A stretch of DNA of 59,141 nucleotides, the filler included. It is 5 parts of 5 records of this genome, joined end to end, with 100 filler letters (N's around TTAATTAATTAA, not from the genome) between each part and the next. Parts side by side here need not be neighbours in the genome. Positions count along the whole stretch, not along the records: positions 15,239 to 42,470 come from SRR20825019_1351; positions 42,571 to 52,869 come from SRR20825019_1357; 3 more parts are not named here. One strand, given 5' to 3'. The translations under genes were made by a program, and so were the position numbers. Of this stretch, positions 38,322 through 45,745 are shown one piece after another. The notes under the pieces are model-generated. The model searched no databases, was not told the origin of the DNA, and saw only the letters and a list, made by a program, of their open reading frames with translations. Every line of letters begins with the position of its first letter. The first letter of the stretch is position 1.

Positions 38322-39014
38322 TTTATTAATTGATATAGTCGACTATAATTTAAATGAATGTGGCGGTGGATGACGTTGTTCTGGGTAGATGTGTATGTCC
38401 TCTCTATCTAAATCTAAAAGGGGGCAGAATACTACGATATGTGGTAGTAAGGGCTTTAAATTTACCATAAGAGTGAGGAATATTGAAATATTTCAACAAC
38501 AAACATCAAAAACATTCATAATTGACAATAATGCAAGACAGTGCCAGCCTGCATCCGAGTGTACACACATATCAATATCAGCAGTGTTAGTCAGGGCATC
38601 ATCGTGGAGCCATAATGGAGTGAATGCAACAACAAAATTGCGCACCTGCAATGTTTTTTTAAATAGGTTAATCATGTTTTCTGTTTCGTTTACTGAAATA
38701 CTTCCAATCTTTTTTTGGTTGCATCCAAAGATCTGAGGGGGAGGCGTGTTTCTTGTTTTGCGTAGTGATGATCAATGTGTTGGTAAGGCATCCTTGTTGG
38801 CTCTGGTCGAACAGCAATCACGTGTTGATACGATCCACGTGCAAACCAAACCACAATACGAGATACACACCCAATACGACATCAACTACAATAGCACACC
38901 TTAAACCGCTACATCCATTGGATGTGCAAGAAGGGAGGGTCCTTGGGGTGACTAACCACCTTAATTCCTATAGTTGCCTCGCGCATACGTATCACCTTTT
39001 CTCTCGTCGTGTGC

Positions 39015-40295
39015 TTATGCGACGTTGCGGACAACAGTGCAGACGGCGGTCTTGTCATCACCACCCATGTTGAGGGCGGCTCCGAGCTCGGGGATCTTAG
39101 CCAGCTGGTATCCTCCGCACTCGCCCTTCATCTGGCGGTACAGCTCAAGGATCTGCTTCACACCGGTAGCTCCGACGGGGTGACCGAAGGAGAGGAGTCC
39201 ACCACCAGTGTTGACGGGAATACGGCCATCGAGGCTAGTGGCACCGCTGCGGATGAGCTCCTTGGCCATGCCGTACTCGCAAAGTCCGAGGGCCTCGTAC
39301 ATGAGGAGCTCGGCAATGGTGAAGCAATCGTGGACCTCGGCCACCTGGAGGTCGGTACCCTTGATACCAGCGGCCTCGAGGGCACGGCTGGCAGCGACGC
39401 CGCAGGAGGACATGCGGGTGTAGTCGGTGGGGTCGACGTAGAGGTTTCCGGTGGCCTGGGCGAGGGCGGTGATCTCGGCGAGCTTGGCACCAGCGAGCTT
39501 CTTGGCTCCCTCCTCGGAGACGAGGATCATGGCGGCAGCACCATCGGAGACCTGGGAGCAGTCAGAGACGCGAAGGAAGGACTTGAACTCCTCGTTGGAG
39601 AGGAAGTTGGGGTTCTTGTCGGAGGCGTTGTTGGCCTTCTCAAGGGACATCTGGGCGGTGTGCATGTGGGCGAGGGGGTTCTTGTTGCCGTTGGAGTAGG
39701 CCTTGACGGCAACCATAGCGGCATCCTCGGCGGTGAAGTGTCCAGCAGCGGCGATGTTCTTCATGCGGCGGGCAAAGAGGCAAGGGAAGGTGAAGTCATC
39801 GATGCTACGCTGGCGGGCGTAGTGGGAGGCACGGGCAAGGTAATCACCACCCTGGCGGGGGGAGACGGTGGTCTGGACCTCGGATCCGACGGCGAGAGCG
39901 ATATCGGCTCCGGCGCGGATGGCATCGTAGGCAACCTGGACGGCAAGGGCACCACTGGCGCATGCACCCTCAACACGCATGGAGGGCTTGTTGAGGAGGT
40001 CAGGGTGAGCACCGACGGCAGCAGCACCCATGTGTCCCTGGTTGACGAAGAGCTCACCAGCGAAGTTTCCGATGGCAATACGATCGACGTCCTTGGCCTG
40101 GGCACCGGAGTTCTTGAGGGCATCGTTGATGGCCTGGGTGGTGAGCTCCTCGATGGTGGCGTTCTTCTTCTTTCCGAAGTCGGCGTGACGCTTGTCAATG
40201 AAGTTGGGGCTGCCCTTTCCGATGAAGGAGGTGAGGGCTCCACCAGCAATGAAGACCTTGCGGTGGTGAAGAGCGGCGGCGGTGTGGCGCATCAT
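39015..40295 (-). CDS. SCP2-type thiolase, mitochondrial
   Basis: EGACASG, CSQVSDGAA, EVHDCF, GHPVGATG (CxS/HDCF/GHP signature). Confidence 0.92.
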   Translation of the reverse strand: MMRHTAAALHHRKVFIAGGALTSFIGKGSPNFIDKRHADFGKKKNATIEELTTQAINDALKNSGAQAKDVDRIAIGNFAGELFVNQGHMGAAAVGAHPDLLNKPSMRVEGACASGALAVQVAYDAIRAGADIALAVGSEVQTTVSPRQGGDYLARASHYARQRSIDDFTFPCLFARRMKNIAAAGHFTAEDAAMVAVKAYSNGNKNPLAHMHTAQMSLEKANNASDKNPNFLSNEEFKSFLRVSDCSQVSDGAAAMILVSEEGAKKLAGAKLAEITALAQATGNLYVDPTDYTRMSSCGVAASRALEAAGIKGTDLQVAEVHDCFTIAELLMYEALGLCEYGMAKELIRSGATSLDGRIPVNTGGGLLSFGHPVGATGVKQILELYRQMKGECGGYQLAKIPELGAALNMGGDDKTAVCTVVRNVA

Positions 40296-40410
40296 GGTTT
40301 GAACTATTAGGACTGTAAATACGTGTGAGGAGAAGTATGAGTTTGAAGATCATAAAACTAATAATTGTGAAACACAAGTCGAAAATAATAAATTCTGAAA
40401 CTATATTTCT

Positions 40411-42123
40411 CTATTGTAGTCCATACTGGGAGTGGAAGGTGGGCACCATAAATACCTCCTCTAGTACCGAGGACACATTGCTGCTCCGCCCCCTCCCCCT
40501 CCTTCCAACCAACCCCATACCCCCTGTCATAAAGGACCGATATGTCTCCCCAGGAGCACCATTGTCACTACTATGTGGTGGGGATGTTGTCCTGCTTGTG
40601 TTATGGGAGGCAGTAGTAGATGTAGTAGGGGTGGTGATGGGGGTAGGGATGTCATCGATAAATCGGATACGTCTGGATGATGCAGTAGGAGGCCCCCACC
40701 GTTGGATCCTTGGATCGATCTCGTTGGGATCGGGCACATACACCTCCCTCCTACGCCCAATATTATACATCCCTTCATCATCTTCATCATCCCTCATCGA
40801 GTTACTTTGATCAGACCGACCCCTCTTCTCACCCCCCTTAAACCGATAGCACAGCCTACCGAACCGTGATCGCTCCTGGTGAATGGCCTTCCCCAATGCG
40901 GCTTGGAATCGTGTTGGGCTTGAGGAGGAGGCCACCTCACACGGTACGCCACAAGGGGTAGTAGTACCAGTGCCGCTGCTCTTAGAGACCCCAAACTGTA
41001 AGCTAAGGGGGTGGTCAGTAGAGAGTATAGATGCACATAGCCCCCTCTCTACCCTCTCAACCAACCCATCCATTTGATACTCCGTAAAGGCATCCTCATC
41101 GAAATAATCATCGTACAGTCTACCAACTAACAAATTATACAACAGAACTACCCTCATAGAGGGGGGTGTTGGTGATGATGGTGATGTGTTGATTTTGGAT
41201 AATGGCCCACCGCAATTATTATCACCACCACCGGACATATCTCTATCAAATGCCTCCTCGTTGGTTAGCGGCCTCTCACAGGCAGTACTAGTACTATTAG
41301 TATTGCTATTGTTGGTAGAGAGGCCAGGGGGTGCAGCGAACCAAATACTTTTAGCGAGATCCAACGATGGATAGGACTCCCCGGGTAGCCTAACCACAGC
41401 CTGGAGGGATGCCAGCAGTCCATGGACCCCCTCTAGAAATAGATGCTGTAGCTGATTTCGGGCCTCCTCTGCGATGGGGTCATCCAGTACAGAGGGGGTA
41501 TTGTGAAGCCGTGCAGCTAGGGCATGTAGAATATATCTTGAGGGTAAAAGTTGTGACAAGGACGTTATATCACCACCAATAACTCTGGCATCGTCTACAT
41601 CACTACTACCCTCCAATTTTCCCATGGGCTCTTCCTTTTCGGTGACAGGGGAGGAGCTTCCACCACTTCTGGACCCAGAGCGAAGGATAGCACTGCTAAA
41701 GTATGCATATGGATTACTGTCCTCTAGTCGTTGGAGGGCCCGTACCGCCTCCACTGTCTCACTCCCCTTCATGAACATCAACACCCCTGCAGAGGAGTGA
41801 GATGATGCCAGCTCGTCCATCCCTGACTGCCGCCGATGATGGTGCTCAGCACCGCCACTACCCCCCTGAGTACTAGGAGGAAGCATGACAGCCTCAATAA
41901 CTTTAGGATCGACTGTAAACTCTGCAGCACGAAGACATGCATCAGCTGTCACTCGCTCTAATAGAACAGTACTGCTGGTGGAGGTGGCAGCGTTCGCAGT
42001 GGTAACTAGAAGCTGGTAGTGGTATTTGAGGGCATGGGTGATGGCAGCGGCACAGGCTGCATCAGAGCGCTGATGTATCGCCTTCTGCAGCGGAGAGTTG
42101 GAAGATGATGAGTGAAGTGTCAT
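40411..42123 (-). CDS. Hypothetical protein
   Basis: Long ORF of about 570 aa from the first ATG, co-oriented with the array; no motif recognised. Confidence 0.65.
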   Translation of the reverse strand: MTLHSSSSNSPLQKAIHQRSDAACAAAITHALKYHYQLLVTTANAATSTSSTVLLERVTADACLRAAEFTVDPKVIEAVMLPPSTQGGSGGAEHHHRRQSGMDELASSHSSAGVLMFMKGSETVEAVRALQRLEDSNPYAYFSSAILRSGSRSGGSSSPVTEKEEPMGKLEGSSDVDDARVIGGDITSLSQLLPSRYILHALAARLHNTPSVLDDPIAEEARNQLQHLFLEGVHGLLASLQAVVRLPGESYPSLDLAKSIWFAAPPGLSTNNSNTNSTSTACERPLTNEEAFDRDMSGGGDNNCGGPLSKINTSPSSPTPPSMRVVLLYNLLVGRLYDDYFDEDAFTEYQMDGLVERVERGLCASILSTDHPLSLQFGVSKSSGTGTTTPCGVPCEVASSSSPTRFQAALGKAIHQERSRFGRLCYRFKGGEKRGRSDQSNSMRDDEDDEGMYNIGRRREVYVPDPNEIDPRIQRWGPPTASSRRIRFIDDIPTPITTPTTSTTASHNTSRTTSPPHSSDNGAPGETYRSFMTGGMGLVGRRGRGRSSNVSSVLEEVFMVPTFHSQYGLQ

Positions 42124-42470
42124 GTTGTGTATGTTAAGTGTGTCTGAGTGTAATGGATGATGAAGGATGTGTGAAGATCTGATGAAGTTCGTGTGAGACA
42201 AGATGAAAGGAGGAACGTGATAAAAGAATTGAAATGTCCCCCATGACAGTACTCAAAAAACTACAATCCCTTCAAAATCATAATCATAATGTTTCCATTT
42301 CAACATGATAATAATCATAGTATAGTTAGTAGGAGTAATAAATACGAGGAGGCTCCCCTGCACACATGTTGTTACCATAATATAACCATGCGATATCTGG
42401 CCCCTGCTCCATTTCCAGTGGTGATTGATAGTTGATTTCTTATACCGTAGAATAGGGCTTATAGCAACGT

Positions 42471-42570
42471 NNNNNNNNNNNNNNNNNNNNNNNNNNNNNN
42501 NNNNNNNNNNNNNNTTAATTAATTAANNNNNNNNNNNNNNNNNNNNNNNNNNNNNNNNNNNNNNNNNNNN
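42471..42570. other. Artificial contig spacer
   Basis: N44-TTAATTAATTAA-N44. Confidence 0.98.
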
Positions 42571-42571
42571 G

Positions 42572-42619
42572 GAGCTCCCTCGGGAGTTCAAGCTGTTCCT
42601 CCCTGTTGCCAAGGAGTAG
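42572..42619 (+). CDS. Probable 3' end of an upstream gene
   Basis: GC3-rich frame ELPREFKLFLPVAKE-TAG followed by AT-rich intergenic sequence. Confidence 0.4.
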   Translation, partial: ELPREFKLFLPVAKE

Positions 42620-42739
42620 CCATGTACTGTAGGTAGATATTATTTGATGTACCTTGTTTTAACTATTTTTGAGTAGCATTATTTGTTTTTCATTGATGGT
42701 TTGTTGTTTAATTGATTTCATTTGATTTTAAAGATACTA

Positions 42740-43558
42740 ATGTCGTTTCCACTTAGGAAGGCGGTAGTGCCAGGTGGGGGGCAGGTGATGCTTGACCCTA
42801 AATGGAGAACTTTCCGTTTTGTGAATGACTCTACTCAGCTCGTATCTGTTTCAAAGATTCTGGGAAAGTATTTCCCATTTGATGACAAAACTGTCTCAGA
42901 GACTGTCGCGATGAAGTCGGGAAGTACTGTCGAGGCAGTTAAGGCTGAGTGGAGGAAAAGTGCCGTGTTGGGAACAAATGTCCACAACGCGATAGAGGCA
43001 CGCCTTCTCGGCAAGGAAGTTCCGTCCTTCCCCGAGGTTCATGGTGCTGAGAATTTGTTCGTGCCCGCGGCAATTAAGGGCCTAGAGAAGCTTACCGAGT
43101 CTTATGACATTATTGCACAGGAGGCAATTATTGTATCACGGAAAACCAATGTTGCAGGGGTTGTTGATTTTGTCGCTAAAAACAAGACCACAGGCAAGCT
43201 AATGATTGGTGATTGGAAGACCACTGCCAGTTCATTGTCCTCATTTCGTTTCGGTTCGTTTCAAACACCCGCTGAGGGCGTGCTGTCTCATCTTCCCAAC
43301 TCCAAGGGGGCACGAGCTTCACTTCAAGTGCTGATGCTTGGCCATATGATGAAGCTTGAGGGCTATTCAGCAATTTATGGTCCCGAGGTGAACGAGGAGA
43401 TGGAGTATGGCATCATCAACATTGGTAAATCTGAAAAGGGAGGGGATGTTTCAGTGAGCTTTGACCGTGTCGTACCTGAGGATATCGTTCCCCCAGATAT
43501 GCGATGCGAAGTGACGTTTAATGACGTAATCCGTTCGGTCCTGCTAACTTTCCAGTAG
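42740..43558 (+). CDS. PD-(D/E)xK nuclease, MGME1/RecB/Cas4-like, paralog A
   Basis: SVSKIL, GTNVHNAIE, QEAII, AGVVDFV, IGDWKT, LQVLML; first ATG at 42740 after a T-rich tract and AG. Confidence 0.82.
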   Translation: MSFPLRKAVVPGGGQVMLDPKWRTFRFVNDSTQLVSVSKILGKYFPFDDKTVSETVAMKSGSTVEAVKAEWRKSAVLGTNVHNAIEARLLGKEVPSFPEVHGAENLFVPAAIKGLEKLTESYDIIAQEAIIVSRKTNVAGVVDFVAKNKTTGKLMIGDWKTTASSLSSFRFGSFQTPAEGVLSHLPNSKGARASLQVLMLGHMMKLEGYSAIYGPEVNEEMEYGIINIGKSEKGGDVSVSFDRVVPEDIVPPDMRCEVTFNDVIRSVLLTFQ

Positions 43559-43650
43559 AATACTACCTAGAGATATTTATGTTCATTGCCAGTGCTGCTG
43601 ATTGATAATGTATTGTGATGTTCATTTAAATTCTTTCCACAAGTAAACAT

Positions 43651-44469
43651 ATGCGCACACAGGCATTGCCCAACGGGAAGCAGTTGTTGTTCGATGCTGC
43701 GGCCCATTCGTACACAATAGGTGGCATAGGAAAGTGCCAGTCGGTGACTACTGTTCTGAACACCATATTTCCGTTTGATACTGATGGAATATCTAAAAAG
43801 GTAGCTGACAAGTCGAATAAAACTCAATCTGAGGTTTTGGCAAAGTGGATGTCAAGGGCGACTCTCGGTACCAATGTTCATGCTTTTATCGAGCAGAAGA
43901 TTCTCAACGAAGCTCTCCCCCCAAGAACAGAGTTGGAGGGAACTGAGCATTTATATTACCCCCCTGCAGAGAAGGCATCATCGATTGTACTGGAGGAGTA
44001 TGAGCCGATTGCAGTTGAGTTGATGATCGCCAGTCCTCGTTACAAGCTGGCAGGCACAATAGACTTTCTTGGTAAAAATAGACGGACAGGTGCGATTCTC
44101 GTTGGTGATTGGAAAACGTCTGGTTCAATGCCCACTATGTACAGGCTTTCAAGTGCCTTCAATGTTCCTGCTGAAGCCCCCCTATCACATCTTGTGAATG
44201 AGAAAATGTCTCGGTATGCATTACAAACACTCATCTACGGTCATCTTCTAAAAACCGAAGGGTATGGTAAACTTATTGATAATGGCATTGACAATCTGCC
44301 ATTGGAGTATGGTCTCATAAAGTTCGGTCCTCAGCTCGATGAAAGTATCGATTATGAATTTGTCCCTGTGCGTCCCAACGATATAGTGCCAGTTTGCCAA
44401 CGAAGTGAAGTTACATCTTTCCAAGTTATTGAGGATGTGTTGGCCCCGTTCGATACTTTAAGTACATAG
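43651..44469 (+). CDS. PD-(D/E)xK nuclease, MGME1/RecB/Cas4-like, paralog B
   Basis: SVTTVL, GTNVHAFIE, VELMI, AGTIDFL, VGDWKT, LQTLIY (QxxxY). Confidence 0.85.
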   Translation: MRTQALPNGKQLLFDAAAHSYTIGGIGKCQSVTTVLNTIFPFDTDGISKKVADKSNKTQSEVLAKWMSRATLGTNVHAFIEQKILNEALPPRTELEGTEHLYYPPAEKASSIVLEEYEPIAVELMIASPRYKLAGTIDFLGKNRRTGAILVGDWKTSGSMPTMYRLSSAFNVPAEAPLSHLVNEKMSRYALQTLIYGHLLKTEGYGKLIDNGIDNLPLEYGLIKFGPQLDESIDYEFVPVRPNDIVPVCQRSEVTSFQVIEDVLAPFDTLST

Positions 44470-44540
44470 GCTCACCACAATTAAATATTTGTTATTGAAG
44501 TTGCAATTCACATTTAGAATCCTATTTTGAATTTAATTTA

Positions 44541-44561
44541 TTCTTTTTTGTTCTTTTTTAG
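44541..44561 (+). promoter_or_regulatory. Polypyrimidine tract plus AG, probable trans-splice acceptor
   Basis: TTCTTTTTTGTTCTTTTTTAG 14 nt before the USP ATG; similar tracts end at 49660 and 51317. Confidence 0.6.
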
Positions 44562-44575
44562 GCACCGAAAAATAT

Positions 44576-45649
44576 ATGGGAAGCTCACAAAGTTCAACTG
44601 AACAGCCCTCCAAGGGCCCTCTACCAATCGAATCCCTAGCCGTTACTGGTGAGGATACCGCCATTACCCTAGACCCCCCGAAGGATGACCAGGATGACGA
44701 CCTTAGGACTGTAGGGCTCGATAACTATGGCAACACATGCTACATCAACTCTGTCATTCAAATGTTTTATCACTGCACTGCATTAAGAAGGCGATTGGCT
44801 GAAATTTTTGAGGTCACAAAGAAAAGCGACAAAAATATTACTGTTCTTCACCGATTAGCTTCGCTATTCAACTCAATGTCAACTCAAAAGGCGGACAAGG
44901 CAGCTCGCCTAGGGCCAAATGACTTTGTACGTTTTGTTAAAAAGGAGAATATTCTATTTGACAACCGTGAGCAGCAGGATGCGCACGAGTTCCTGTTATT
45001 TGTACTGAATACAATTCAAGATGATGAGAAGAAGCTCTTTAACATTGATGAACAGGAAATGGGGCCCATTCAACGGATATTTCAAGGGGAAGTGGCATAC
45101 TCAACATTTTGTTTGGACTGCGAAACTCAAAGTGGGTCACGGCAGACCTTTCTAGATCTATCGATAGAGGTTGAGCAGAACCACTCATTAAACAATTGCA
45201 TGTCGCGCTTTTGGGCAACTTCGCTGTTCACAAGCGACAACAAAGTGATGTGTTCTGCATGTTGTGCCATGGTGTGTGCAAGGAGATGCGTTGGTCTTGG
45301 GAAGGCCCCCTCTAAGACGCTAATAGTGCAACTCAAACGGTTCAAATACAGCGAGGAGGGGAGAAATAAATTATTTGGCCATGTTGCACTCCCATCTGAG
45401 ATTGGGTTGCAAACTTCAAAACAGAAGACGATTCCTTTCAATTTGAAGGGGTTTGTTGTTCATCAGGGTTCGAGTATGAACGCAGGCCACTACTATGGGG
45501 TCTTCAGACAAGGGAAGCAGTGGCGCAAATATGATGACGAGGCTGTCTCGGTACTTACCGATCAACAGGTGCTCAACTACTGGGGAGAACGCTCAAGTGA
45601 TGACCGTGTTACAGCTACTGCTTATATTTTACTCTATGAACGTTGTTGA
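44576..45649 (+). CDS. Ubiquitin-specific protease (USP12/46-like)
   Basis: Cys box GNTCYINS, QQDAHEF, His box VHQG...AGHY, YDD; N-terminal MGSSQS myristoylation-like motif. Confidence 0.92.
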   Translation: MGSSQSSTEQPSKGPLPIESLAVTGEDTAITLDPPKDDQDDDLRTVGLDNYGNTCYINSVIQMFYHCTALRRRLAEIFEVTKKSDKNITVLHRLASLFNSMSTQKADKAARLGPNDFVRFVKKENILFDNREQQDAHEFLLFVLNTIQDDEKKLFNIDEQEMGPIQRIFQGEVAYSTFCLDCETQSGSRQTFLDLSIEVEQNHSLNNCMSRFWATSLFTSDNKVMCSACCAMVCARRCVGLGKAPSKTLIVQLKRFKYSEEGRNKLFGHVALPSEIGLQTSKQKTIPFNLKGFVVHQGSSMNAGHYYGVFRQGKQWRKYDDEAVSVLTDQQVLNYWGERSSDDRVTATAYILLYERC

Positions 45650-45745
45650 TTGTAAAGCAAATTTTTGTTGCCTTGTTCATTGTAGGGTGTGTAGATTTGT
45701 TCTGGTCATCATGTTCCCTTCCATTTTCTTACAAGATAGAGTGTA

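Noticed and set aside
39009-40310. 433-aa ORF antisense to the thiolase
   Set aside because: Mirror-frame ORF expected from strong codon bias; GTG start and no motifs
42740-44469. True Cas4 or CRISPR adaptation genes
   Set aside because: No four-Cys Fe-S motif, no cas1/cas2 and no array; eukaryotic context
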